NCBI GenBank assembly: GCA_004431415.1
Contig: QPMI01000694.1
Coordinates: forward strand, 1 to 51,103
Direction of reading: 5' to 3'
Source of the DNA: Cyanophora paradoxa CCMP329
Lineage: Eukaryota; Plantae; Glaucophyta
Length of the DNA: 51,103 bases
Made by a program: the position numbers and the translations under genes. Shown here one piece after another: positions 35,047-47,086 of this stretch. The stretch's first letter is position 1. The number at the start of each line of letters is the position of its first letter. Under the pieces are notes generated by a model. It searched no databases. It was not told the DNA's origin and worked only from the letters and a program-made list of their open reading frames with translations.

Positions 35047-36472
35047 TTTACGCCTCGCTTCATTCGGAATCAGAGAAGCCTAGCTAGCCTAACTTGCCTA
35101 CGACTATTCTAAAGGGATGCACGGTATAGCGCATCGGGAGTGGCCCTGAAGGTACGGCAGCTGGATGCTGCTTTCCCGAGACCTAACGTGGGGATAACAC
35201 GTCGGCGACCGACCAGGGCGGGTCGCCTTATGCTCTTTCGGCCGCTTCCTTCCGGAGGCGGGTGAAAGCTTACCCCTGCTCCGGACCGGAGCGGCGGTAA
35301 GGCTGAGTAATCCCGTACCCGTGCGGCGGGTACCGGATTCTCGTGGCCGAGGCGGAGGTTTTGGCGTACCCCTGAGCAGGGTACGCGTTCAGCTCGAGCC
35401 ACGCCTGACGGGGCCTGGCGGGGCGAATGTTGTACCCCGGCGCGGGGTACGCGATTCTACCCGGGCCGGTAAGCGGTCCCGGGTACCGCCGCCGAGGCGC
35501 GGGGTGGCGATTGTGCGTGAAAACATCGCACGAGTGCTGTACCCCTACCAAGATTGCCAGAGTATTCTACGGATACTCGTAGCGCGTTGGAAAAGGATAG
35601 AGCCGTCGCATCCACAAACAGCCGATTGTGAAAACGCGGGGAGGAGGGCGGGAGCGATTTCGCTTCGCCGCTGGGTGCCTGGTCAAGCTGGCAACCAAGG
35701 ACGAAGTTATGCCGAAGGGCAGCCGAAGGAATGGCCGTACCCCGGCCTTCGTTCGCCTCAGGGCGCGACCGAATCAAATTCTGAGTTCTCCCCGGAGTCG
35801 GTGCAGAACTCGAATTCTGCTATACCGTGCTCGAGGCCCGGACCCGTCGCTTAGGCCGGTCCGGTCGCTCGGTCCTTCTAGCTAAGGTAGGCAGTTGGCG
35901 CTCTGGCTTCTCTTCTATTCATTCCGTCGGCGCAAAACTCGGTTTACGCTTAATTGCGCAAACCCCGATTTACGCCTCGCTTCATTCGGAATCAGAGAAG
36001 CCTAGCTAGCCTAACTTGCCTACGACTATTCTAAAGGGATGCACGGTATAGCGCATCGGGAGTGGCCCTGAAGGTACGGCAGCTGGATGCTGCTTTCCCG
36101 AGACCTAACGTGGGGATAACACGTCGGCGACCGACCAGGGCGGGTCGCCTTATGCTCTTTCGGCCGCTTCCTTCCGGAGGCGGGTGAAAGCTTACCCCTG
36201 CTCCGGACCGGAGCGGCGGTAAGGCTGAGTAATCCCGTACCCGTGCGGCGGGTACCGGATTCTCGTGGCCGAGGCGGAGGTTTTGGCGTACCCCTGAGCA
36301 GGGTACGCGTTCAGCTCGAGCCACGCCTGACGGGGCCTGGCGGGGCGAATGCTGTACCCCGGCGCGGGTACGCGATTCTACCCGGGCCGGTAAGCGGTCC
36401 CGGGTACCGCCGCCGAGGCGCGGGGTGGCGATTGTGCGTGAAAACATCGCACGAGTGCTGTACCCCTACCAA
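35047..36472 (-). repeat. B1-A2-spacer-B2 terminal repeats of copy 2
   Basis: Two ~505-bp B copies flank a ~315-bp A copy that matches A1. Confidence 0.93.
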
Positions 36473-36656
36473 ACAAGAGTCAGGTCACAGCCAGTTGAAA
36501 GAGCGTCGGGAAGGTCTCTGAGGGTGCCGCGCAGACCAAGCGGGTTCGAAGAGACAAAATTGTATTATAAAGAGTCAGGGCTACAATGGTGTCACACTCC
36601 TAGTGAACATTATGTAGGGGCCGGCCGCGGGTGAGAGAGGCGCCGGCGGCGCCGGC

Positions 36657-37634
36657 TCAAAAGCCGAGGTCGGCCAGGTCGGAGGACAGATGAAAGAGGT
36701 AGTCCTCAATATATCCTTGGGGCACGGAAGAGTACAGTGCCCAGCGGCCATGCCGTCGGATCCAAGTGGCCGGGAGGCCCCGGCGGGCCGCGGCCGTCGC
36801 GCCACCGCGGCGCAAGCTGTGGCCCGAGAAGTCGGTCGGGTCGTAGCCGATGGCCTCCGCGGCCTCTTTCACGAGGCGGCGGACGAAACCAACGGTGATG
36901 GCCGCGGCGGGATCGGAGAGGCGGGGGAAGAGGGGGGTCCCGGGCGCCGCCTGCACCGCCGTGCTCGCGACGTACGCGCACAGCAGGCGGACGGGGCACG
37001 AGGCGGGGCATTTGCCCGGGGTGAGGTAAACCACCGCGCCGTGGGCGGTCCTGTCGGTTTTGGAGCGCCGGATGTGGAGGGCGATGCGGGGGGAAGGGAG
37101 GAGTGAGAATTCGAGGTCGTCGACCCGCAGCGCCACCAGCTCCGCTCCCCGGAGGAAGCCCGCGATGCCGGTCGCGAGGACGGTGGCGTCGCGGAGGCGC
37201 CGGGGAGGGGCGCGTGACAGGAACGATGGGGTGGTCAACCACGCGCGCAGGTCGCCGGGCAAGAAGGCGCGGCGTTGCGCTACGGGGCGGCCCAGGCGGG
37301 CCTGCATGCCTCTCCATGCGGTCGAGTACATGAACGAGCGGGGTCTGGTGGGGTCGACGAGGCCGCGAAGTTTGAGTTCGCGCCACACGTGGGCGGCGAG
37401 GCCTTTAACGGTGCTCGCCGCGAGGTCTTTTCCGGAATGGCGGCGTCGCTGGGTGGCCGCGTCGGCCAGGAAGAGGAGGATGGACCGTTCTGCGTCCGGC
37501 GCGAGGCCGTGGCACTCGACGAACTCGAAGTAGCGGCGGGCCGCCCGCCGTTGGCCCGCTGACGTGCCGGGGGCGAAGGCCGCCCCCTGCCAGGCCGCGA
37601 GCTCCGCCTCCGCGGGCGCCGGGGTTACTGCCAG
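36657..37634 (-). CDS. Tyrosine recombinase, intact
   Basis: R (FLRGAEL), K (SKTD), HSLR, HGRW, Y (QGYIE). The frame stays open upstream of the ORF-track GTG (…AFAPGTSAGQRRAARRYFEFVECHG…) and overlaps the RT stop. Start uncertain. Confidence 0.93.
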   Translation of the reverse strand: MAVTPAPAEAELAAWQGAAFAPGTSAGQRRAARRYFEFVECHGLAPDAERSILLFLADAATQRRRHSGKDLAASTVKGLAAHVWRELKLRGLVDPTRPRSFMYSTAWRGMQARLGRPVAQRRAFLPGDLRAWLTTPSFLSRAPPRRLRDATVLATGIAGFLRGAELVALRVDDLEFSLLPSPRIALHIRRSKTDRTAHGAVVYLTPGKCPASCPVRLLCAYVASTAVQAAPGTPLFPRLSDPAAAITVGFVRRLVKEAAEAIGYDPTDFSGHSLRRGGATAAARRGLPATWIRRHGRWALYSSVPQGYIEDYLFHLSSDLADLGF

Positions 37635-39704
37635 AAGGTCAGTTCCAGGGGCCAGCGGGAGGAGCCGAGGCCGATGCGCCCAGAGTAGAAGATGTGGGAC
37701 GGGAGGCTAGAAAGCGGGAAAGAGGTGACGGCGGCGGGGCGGGGGGTGAGGCGAAGCTCCCCGAGGGCCACCGACCAGGTGGTGCTGGGCTGGGAGGGGA
37801 GCAGGAGGCCCAGAGGGCCGGACGCTGGGAAGCGTCGGAGGGAAGCGATCAGGGCCGCGCGCAGCCGGGAGTCGACCGTAAGGACGGTCGGGGCGCTCGC
37901 GCGGACGCTGCCAAGCCACGGATCGTCCTCGAAGGCGACGTGGTGGTGCTCGGCAAGCGGGGCGTCTAGGTGCGTGCGGCACCGCGAGAGGAGGGCCCGA
38001 TGCAGCGACGGGGCGCGAGCGCCGTCGCGGGAACCGCGGTCGGCGAAGACGTTGGCCGCGCCGGGCAAATGGCGGGCGGAGATCGAGACGCCGAGAGCCG
38101 CGCAGCGGTGCCAGAGGCGAGCGCTCAGGTCAAAGAGGCGGGCCGAACCGCCGCCCCGAGCGACTGCCGCGACGGCGGAGCGGTTGTCGCAGCGGATGAG
38201 AACGTGCGCACCCACCGGAAGGGCGGGGAAGAGCTCGTCCGCGGCGGCCACGATCGCGCGAAGCTCGCGTTCGTTGCTGCTGGTCTCGCCGCGCCGCATG
38301 GGGCCCTCGCTCGCGCGGAGTTCGGGGGGGAAGGTGCCGAAGACGGACCACGCGGGGCGTTGGCGGACGGCCGTGGGGTCGGCGGACTCGAGCTGATCGA
38401 GGAAGGCGGCGTAGCCGTAGCCGGAGGCGTCCGTGAACAGCCGGAAGAAGGTCCGAGGCGTCCAGATGGGGTGCGCCGGGCGCTCCGGGCGTTGGAGGGC
38501 CGCTTGGAGCCAGCGGAGGCAGTCGAGTGCTGGGCCTTCGATGGTGACGGCCGACTGATTGAAGGGGTCGGCGAGGGCGTCCGAGGTCGACATGAGGCCG
38601 AAAAGTGGCCGAGTCATGAGACGAACGGCCGGGAACGCCATGCGCAGCGCGATGAGTGAGCCCGCCAGCTTTTGCAGATCGCGAGCCGACGCCGTGAGGC
38701 CGCGGGGGCCGGGCGCCCGGTCGAGGACGCCGGCGAGGCGGGCGAGCGTTTTTGCGACCTTCTTCGGGGTCACCGCGAAAACGCCGCGGTCGGGACGGAC
38801 GTCGATCTCGATGCCGAGGTACTCGGTGCACTGGGTCGGTGTGAAGTCGGACTTTTCCGAGAACGTAATGCCTAGCTCGGGCGCGCAAGCACGTAGGTGC
38901 TGGGAGACGAGCTCCGCGATTTCGCGCGACGGGCAGATGAACAGGCCGTCGCCGATGTACGTGCAGAGCTTCACGCCCAGCGCTGCCCAGTACTTGGCAA
39001 AGGCGCGCGTGACCTTCGTGAAGGCGAAGCAGGCGATGTTCACGCCGAAGCAAAGGGCCTGGTAAATGTAGAGTTTGCCGCGCCAACGGAACGCCAGGAG
39101 GCGCTGGGTGTCCTTGTTCAGGGCGATGTGATAGTAGCCTTTTTTAAGGTCGAACTTCACGAGCCAGCAGCCGGGGTGAGGTAGGACGCAACCTCGTCCA
39201 GTGTTTGGTACCGGAACGTCGGCAAGCGGATGAACGGGTTCACGGGGGTGGCGTCGAGGCACAGGCGGAACTTGTCTGGGCCGGCCTTGTCGACCACCAA
39301 GAGCGAAGACTCGTTAACGACGAGCTGTTCGTCTTCCTCGGTGGCAAGGCGGGTGACGCCGAGGCGCAGCATCGCCGCGACCTCGCTGTCCACGAAGGCT
39401 TCGTGTTCTGGGGTCCGGTGGCACGAGGGGCGTGGGCCCTCGGCGCGCGTGCGGGGAATGTCTGCTAACGACGCTGCCGGCGTGCCGTCGGCGTGCTGGA
39501 GTGGGAGGCGCAAGCCTTTGCGCAGGATGAGGCCCACCCACGAGGGGACCGTCGTGTCAGCCCGCCGGAAGTAAGCCCGCCAGGCATGCGCGTAATGCTG
39601 GAGTTGCCCCGCCCGAAACTTCTGTGCGGCCGCCGCGAAATCGTACGGGCCGGGTCCCCGTGTGCAGCTACGAGTGCTCGCAATTTTGCGAATGGGTCGC
39701 GCAC
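37625..39704 (-). CDS. Reverse transcriptase-RNase H of copy 2 (YIGD variant), few frameshifts
   Basis: KFRLCLD, KFDLKKGYYHI, YQALCFG, YIGDG; RNase H LFTDAS, SSNERELRAI, IRCDN, HLPGAANVFADRGSR. Confidence 0.93.
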
Positions 39705-39879
39705 AAAGACACGCGGTGTACTCGAGGGTACAGACAGCGGTACAGGCGGCGGACGCGACTGGTCACAGTCTACTGGAAGGGTCGTGGCGGGGGAACGGCT
39801 GGCACGGGGGCCCCTTGCGGTCGGCGGCAGCCGCCGGAGGGGTGTCGCCGCAAACACCCGCGCCAGGAGTGGAAGCGGC

Positions 39880-42800
39880 TCAGCCGTCGGCCGGCGGCTG
39901 CGGCTTGCGCCGGGGGGGCCGCTGGACGGCGCCGCCGCGGCCTCCGCCCCGCTGACGGTGGTGGGGTTGGGGCTGGGCCGGCTGGGCAGTCCCGTATTGC
40001 CGCCGGGCCTGCTTCCAGGCGCGCCCGCGCTGCTGGCCGCGGTGGGTTGGCCCGCCGGAGCCGGGGTCCTCGACGTCACCGTCGTCGTCGTAGGAGAAGG
40101 TCGCGACGCCGCCGTAGGAGTGGGCTGACCGAGGGTCGGTCCGGGCGGAGGAGCAGGTGGGGCGGACGGACCGGCCTGCGAGGCCTGGAGAAGAGCGCCG
40201 CATGGGAGAGTGTGGGGCGAGTGGGGGCCTTGTCCGGGCGGGGCTGCGGAAGCTCCGTGCGAGCGAGCGGTGGCATCATGAAGAAGGAGCTCCGCTTGCG
40301 GCTCGTCCGGCCGTAGGACGACAGTAGCTCCCGTGGCTCCGTCCACGCGCTCACGCTGTCTTGCAGCCGCTTGAGGAGACGCTTGAAGAGCGGGTCGTCC
40401 TCGAGGCAGGCCTGGAGCACCGCCGACGTCTGGGCGATGTCCCGAAGCTTCTTGTAGACCGGGCGGGTGAGGGCGTTCCAGTCCGTCAGGAGTTGGCCGA
40501 GGGGGCCGGTCGGGCCGCCGGGTAGGCGGTTGATGACGTCGCCGACCTGGTCGAACGCCGCGATGGCCTGGCGGAGTTCCGAGTTGCCCATGTCGCGCAG
40601 CACCAGGCCGTGGGAGAAGCGCGCCAGATCGCGCATGCAGGCGATGCCGTACTTGGCAAGAGCCGTGGTGATGCGCTCGTCGGGGAAGGGTCGCTGCTGA
40701 CTGTCGCCGGGGAAGACGGCGTTGTCGAAGCACGACTCGATTTCCTTGATACGGGCGGCCAAGTCCGTGACGCGGGCGGAGTTGTCGACCGCCGTGGAGG
40801 GAATGTTGAGCTTGGCGAAGGCCGTCTCGCGCAGCGTGAGCTCGGGGAGGCCCTCGTAGACGAGGGGGGCTCGGCCGGTGGCGCGGCCTTCTCTGCCGCC
40901 GTCGCCTTGGCCTGGGCGGTGGCGCCCTTCGCCTTGTCGTCGCCGCGCGCCTTCTTGGGGCCGGAGCCTCTGCAAAAAGGCATGTCGGCCGGGCTGTGGC
41001 CGACCGCGGAAAACAATCAGCGCGGACCGAGGGGAGCCTTCTCCTTGGCGTGGCCGCGCGTCGCCTTGCCGCTGTACACTGGGGCAGCGGATTCTGCACG
41101 ATCCCGGGTCAGTGTGACGGAGGGAGGGTTTGGGCTGCGGCGGCCACGAGTCCGTACCGGACTCGGAGGGAGCGTCGACGTGGGGACTGGCGTCCTGCGG
41201 CGTCGAGGTGTCGTCCGAGTCCCAGTCGCCGGCCCAGTCGTCCTCGCCGGCGGGTTCGTCGCCGGGGGCGTCGGATTCCGCCTCGTCCTCCATCTCCGCG
41301 TCGCTGGGGACGAACGGTCGGGCGCGGGTGGAGGATGAGGTCGGGGGCTGCTCTGTCGGCGCTGCGGCGGCGGGCGGGGCGAGCTTCTGCGCGGCCTGGG
41401 TGGCCCCGCGGCTGCCGGAGCGGGCGGCGGGGACCCCACGGGGGCCGGCGGCGAGTGGCGCGGCGGTGTGGGAAGCGGCCTGCCGGGGCGGGAGCTGCGG
41501 GCCGGCGGGCGGCATCCGGAAGCCGGGGTCGGCGGGGCCGAACCAGTCGGTCTGCGGGCCCCCGAAGCCCGGGAACATGCCGGCGCTGTGGTTGGCGGTG
41601 CCGGAGGAGGGCCAGGGAGCCGCGAAATGCGGGGGCGCCTGGACGACCCAGCCCGCTGGCGTGACCGTGGAAGCGGCCGAGTAGCGGGGCTGCTGCTGGT
41701 GCTGCAGGAACGGGGACGGAACTCCCGCGGGCCAGAACGGGGGAGGCGGGCCGCCGCCGGCCATGCTGGCGAGGCCGGCTTGCAGCATGGACGCCGCGAG
41801 CGCCTGCGGGTTGGCCGGCGGAACGGGCGGCAGGTCGGAGACCGCGGGGCCGGGTTCGGCGTGGGAAGGTCGCGGGTCTCGGCGAACTGCAGGGCCTTGT
41901 CGCGGTCGGCTGCGGTGAAGTGGGCCGGGTCAGAAAGTCGGGCCAGGCGAATCTCAAGGGGTCGCCTAGGCGGGGTGAGCCGCCGGGGAGGCCAGCGGGC
42001 GCGTGGACGGACCGGTCTTGGCCTTGCGGCTCTTGGCGGGTTTGGGTGGCGGGGCCTGTGCTTCCGCCTCCTCGGCGGGTGAAGGCGGGGCGTCTGACTC
42101 GCCGCCTTCGTCGGCTGAGTCTGCGGGCGCCGGGGGGCCTTCGGGGCCGAGGCCTCGGTCGCCTTGGTCCGCTTAGGCGGGCGGGTCGACCGCGAGGCGC
42201 GCGGGCGGTCGACGTCGTCGTCCGCGTCCGCGTCGGCGGTGTCGGTGTTCCCGGCCGCAGCCGCCGGCTTGGCAGGCGCGGGGCGGCGCGGAGGAGCGAG
42301 GCCGGTGGGCGGGGCTGCCCTGCGCGGCGGGGTGGGCGGCGGTAAAAAATGAGCGGGGTGGGTAGCGCACCGGCGCGCTTCTGGGCCGGAGGGGGTGCCG
42401 AGGGGGCCGCGGCCGCTCCATGTGCCACCTTCGGAGCCCGTGCTCGCTGCCCGCGAAAAAAGAAGCATCGGCAGCGAGCGTGGGCGAGGCGAGAGGGGGT
42501 AATGTGTGCGCGGACCGACTTGGGGTCCGCTGGGGGTGCGCTGGCGGTGGCGGCGGTGGCAGCGTCGGCGTCGCCCGAGGCCGCGGCGCCGCGGCGTTTT
42601 CGCGCGGCCTCCGCCGCCTTCAAGATGTGGGGAAGTACAGGCTGACGGCCTTGTGGGCCGGCTGGTCCCAGTCGCGCAGCACCGCGGAGGCGTCCCAGTG
42701 GGCCGGGTGGAAGCCGCAAGCGCGAGAGAAGTCGGCGAACGAGAACTGCGAAGCGGGCGACCGCTGAGTGCGCTGGCGTGCAGCGAGCGCGCGGCGGGCG

Positions 42801-43748
42801 GACTTTTCCGAAGGGGACGGTGCCGACTGTCAGGCCGCCCGGAAGAGATGCCGGCCACTCGCGTTTTGGAGAGACGCGGGCCGGACCGGGGGCCAGGCCG
42901 AAGGCGGCGACGATGTCGTTGCGCAGGATCTTGCGGTGATCGCGGGAGAGCGCCTTGCTTTTCTCGATGAAGGTGACAAGCAAGGGCCGGAGCCAGCCGT
43001 GGGCGTCGGCTACCGCCGTCTTGGAGTACTTGGGGACTGACTCGGGGACCAGGCGTAGAGCTGAGTGAGCGCACCGAGCGCCGTCACTTTTTCCCAGGGT
43101 TCGAGGGCCGCCCAGTCACTGTGGAGGGTGAGGGGCGCGGCACGGTGAGCGAGGAGTGGCGTACCGGCACGGAATGTCGTCGTAGTAAATCGGGAACCCT
43201 CGCGGGAGGCCGACAGGGATGGTGCCGTACTTGTAGCCGTAGAACTCCGTGACCTCGAGGCAGGTGGCGCCGAAGGTAGCCAGGAGTACGGCGGCCGACT
43301 CGCCGAAGCGGAGTACCGCCTCGTTGAACAGCTCCCGCGGAACCGAGTCGCGCACCGCCGAGTAGTCGCTGGCGATCGCGGTTAACGCGTGACGTCGAGA
43401 GGCGGGGCATGCGGACATGTAGCCAGGGCTGGTGGGTCGGAAGAACACGGGGCGACGGCGTAGAAACTAGCCTCGTCGACCGCGAAAGCGATGATCGGGA
43501 CGAGAGAAGTGACCAGCATGGTTGACGCGTCCGCCGGGCGAGACTGTCAGGCCGTCGGTTAATAAGCGAGCGGGGGTCATGCAGGCGTGACGGGGGCGGC
43601 CCACCATGAGACCGCCGTCGAGCGTGCCGCTGGAGAGGAACGGGGGGAAGATCCCCACCGTCGTCGCGCAGTCGCCGCAGAAGAGGAGGCGATGCGGTTC
43701 GGGCGCGTGGCGCCAGTAGTCGATGATCATGGAGGCGGACACGCTCAT
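39880..43748 (-). CDS. ORF1 (gag-position) region of copy 2, frameshifted
   Basis: Includes the 570-aa ORF 40076..41788 with a helical-looking core and upstream protein-like segments. Located between A1 and RT. Confidence 0.55.
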
Positions 43749-43919
43749 CGCCTTGCTGCCGCTGCCGGCGTCCTTATCTGCGCGGGGCCGTGTCAGCCGG
43801 TGTGTTGCGGCTGCGGCGTGGCGGGGAGGGCGGGGAGGCTAGATAGAGGAGCGCGGTGCGGCGCGCGTCGACTCTCGCGGGGTCTGCCGTCGGAGCCGAC
43901 GGGGAACGCCGCTGCCTCG

Positions 43920-44555
43920 CCGGTGCGCGCGCCGGGCTCCGCCGGGGCACCGCGCGGGAGAGGACGGAGCACGTAACTGTGACTCAACGTCCCGCGGGGC
44001 TCGCCGGCGTGCCGGGCGCGAGCTTCTCCGCCTTCTCGCCAGTGCGCGCGCCGGGCTCTGCCGGGGCACTGCGCGAGGTGGGACGGAGCACGCGGCCCGT
44101 GCATCTACGTCCCGCGGGGCCCGCCGGCGCGCCGGTGGGTCGCGCCGCCTTCCTGTCGATGTACGCGCCGGGCTCCGCCGGGACATCACACAGGGAAAAA
44201 AGGAGGGGAGCGGAGCACGCGGGCGTGCCTGGACGCTCTGCGGGGTTCGCCGGCGCGCCGGCCGCGAGCCTCTCCGCCTTCTCGCCAGTGCACGCGCCGG
44301 TCTCCGCCGGGGCACTGCGCGAGGTGGGACGGAGCACGCGACCCGTGCCTCGACGTCCCGCGGGAGACCCCGGCGCGCCGGTGGGTCTCGCCGCCTTCCT
44401 GTCGATGTACGCGCCGGGCTCCGCCGGGACATCGCACAGGGGAAGAAAGCGGAGCACGCAGTCGTGCCTCGACGCTCTGCGGGGCTCGCCGGCGCGCCGG
44501 CCGCGAGCCGCTCCGCCTTCCTGCCGGTGTGCGCGCCGGGCTCTGCCGGGACACC
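43920..44555 (-). repeat. ~120-bp tandem repeat array (mirror of 668-1300)
   Basis: Reverse complement of 668-1300. Confidence 0.85.
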
Positions 44556-45237
44556 GCGCAAGGTATGATGATGGCGGCCGCCGAGGTCCTGGAGCGCCAC
44601 CGTTTTTGGCTCTCTCGCTCGGTGGCCGCCGTCATCTGCGCCGCGCCGCCGGCATGTCAGGCAGGGCATGGCGGCGCGGGTGTGGTCGGGGCGGCTTCGA
44701 GGCGGAGTTCGTCGCGCCCGTCATCGCCGCGTCGACCCAGCCGTCGCGAGGCCATGCGCGAGATGCGTAAGTGTGCGTCGCGACGGAATCGAGAAGGGGA
44801 AAACAAAGAAAAGGAAGGGCTGTCGGGCTCAGACACTTAAACGAGCGAGACTCTTCTGAGATAGTGCTCGGGCTAGGGTTCTAAGTGCACGGCCGCGGTT
44901 GGCGGCACGGCCCCGAGATAGCCGGTCGAAGATCTTCTAACCGACGGGCGGCCGGGCCGAGAACGAGCGTACCGGGCTTTAGGAAGCCCCAGTTGTAAGA
45001 GTCCAAGAGCGACTGAGAGGATCCGTCGGACTGCCAGGGCATCATCCAGGAAGACTGAACGCCGTCAGGCCACGGATCGAGCAAGGTTCGCTGGATCGCG
45101 CCCGCCGCAGGGGATTTGGAGAAGAAGCGCTGAGCTAGCTTGCTCCACTGCAGGCTGGCGTGGCCGGTCGGCGGAATCACCGATTCGGGTGCGTTCGGCT
45201 GCGTCATGCTGAACGCAGGTGGTATGAACTGGCTGTG

Positions 45238-45554
45238 GCGATTTCGCTTCGCCGCTGGGTGCCTGGTCAAGCTGGCAACCAAGGACGAAGTTATGCCGAA
45301 GGGCAGCCGAAGGAATGGCCGTACCCCGGCCTTCGTTCGCCTCAGGGCGCGACCGAATCAAATTCTGAGTTCTCCCCGGAGTCGGTGCAGAACTCGAATT
45401 CTGCTATACCGTGCTCGAGGCCCGGACCCGTCGCTTAGGCCGGTCCGGTCGCTCGGTCCTTCTAGCTAAGGTAGGCAGTTGGCGCTCTGGCTTCTCTTCT
45501 ATTCATTCCGTCGGCGCAAAACTCGGTTTACGCTTAATTGCGCAAACCCCGATT
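45238..45554 (-). repeat. A1 repeat (5' terminus of copy 2)
   Basis: Matches A2 at 35654-35968. Confidence 0.93.
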
Positions 45555-47073
45555 CACGTCGAGCGCCGGCGGGATCGGGAACCGCCCGTTCTTCGCGTGT
45601 CCGGAGATGTCGCGGGCGATCACAAAGAACTCCATCTCCCTGGTCGGGTCACGAACGGGGTGCGACGTAGGGAGGCTTTCAAGCGCAGCGATGAGCGCGG
45701 AGTGAGCAGTACGAAGTCCGTCATTGGGCGCGTCACGACGGTGTGCCGAGGGAATGGGGCGGGCAACAAGGGTACCATTCTCCTGGCGGCCGACGACATG
45801 GGGGTGGCAGTCAGCACACGTCTCGTTGGCGAAAGACAGGTCCCGACGGCGAGGCATGTGCGCATCCTCCGTGAATACCGCGGTACGGTAATTGGAGGCC
45901 TGCGTGAAGACGGGGTACATGTTGTCGTGGGGCTTGGGGAAGCGGTGCGCGCGCGCCTCCTCCGAGTCGCCTTCCGCATCGATAGCGTTGCGGACGCGAG
46001 CCCAGCAGACACCGGGGCCCTTCGGCTCGAGGTACGTCGTGAGCATCTGGAGGGCGGGGCAGTAAAGGGTGGTACGCGCGTGGATCTGGCGCTGGTCGCT
46101 CGAAGGGATGCCATCACGAAGCCAGTCAGTGCACTGGATGCCGTCGACGTGCATGCGGTTGTTAACACGGCGAGTGTGCATGTTGTAAGCAACGTTGTCG
46201 AGCCAGTCAGTGCAAAGGGGTACCAAGGACTCGCAGCCCTCGACCGCCGGTAGCGAGTCGATTTCGGGCATCTTGGCGGGCGGGGCCTTGTAGTTCGGGG
46301 TCGGCCGCCCACTTCCCTTCGAGACGTTCCCCTCCTGCTGCGAGGTGGCTGCGGGGAGTCGGTGCTCGATTTGGAGGTTAGCGGGCCGAGTGCAGTGTCC
46401 ATCGGCGACTCTGTGACGGGGTCCCCAGGGCGCAGTACGTCCGGGTCTTCGGCTCCCGCACAGAGTCAGCGTCGGAGTTCGTGCTCTTCGCCGAGGGGCG
46501 GCCGCGAAGGTGAGCGACCTCGTGACTGCGACACGGGCGACGGGATTGATGGCGTTCGGGCGCGGGCGGTGCATACGGCCAAAGTTTCGAGTGAAGAGCG
46601 GGGTTTTCTTGGACGTGACGGGAGCCAAGGCGGCGGACATGCGAGTGTGGTCGTGCCGGCGGAGGCCAGCGTTGATGAGGTCGCGGATACTGCCGGCAGT
46701 GACGCCCCGCCGGGCTGCGCACACCGAATTGGAACACGGGACTCGGCCGCAGTACGGCTTCCCGTTTCCATCTCTGTCGACAAGTCAGACGGGGCCGGCG
46801 ACGACGGGCCGGTCGCGTGAGTCGACGAGGGGGACGGCGACGCGGGTTCAGCGACGGGGATGGCGACGGGGACGGGGCCGTCCTCTCCGCCGCCGACGTT
46901 ACCGGCTGCGTCGCCGTCGTGGCGTTGACGTCCCGAACGAAGTGCGCGATGTCCGATGCCGAGGGCTGCGTCGGCGTGATCGGGACAGTTTGCACCGGAG
47001 CGATCGGTACCATGGCCAGGCTGTCCGTCGTAGCCTCGGTCTCCCGGCCCGAGTCAGGACCACCGGACTGCAC
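45555..47073 (-). CDS. Outer-element ORF2, 5' segment, frameshifted
   Basis: ...FPIPPALDV joins in frame to NPGIPCADG... (35046 leftwards) once copy 2 is removed. Confidence 0.72.
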
Positions 47074-47086
47074 GGCGTCTCCGTGG

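Larger units (their letters stand above)
35047..45554 (-). mobile_element. Complete DIRS-order YR retrotransposon (PAT/Ngaro-type), copy 2, ~10.5 kb
   Basis: A1 45554-45238; ORF1; RT/RH; YR; B1 36472-35969; A2 35968-35654; B2 35551-35047. No conventional TSD. Confidence 0.95.
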
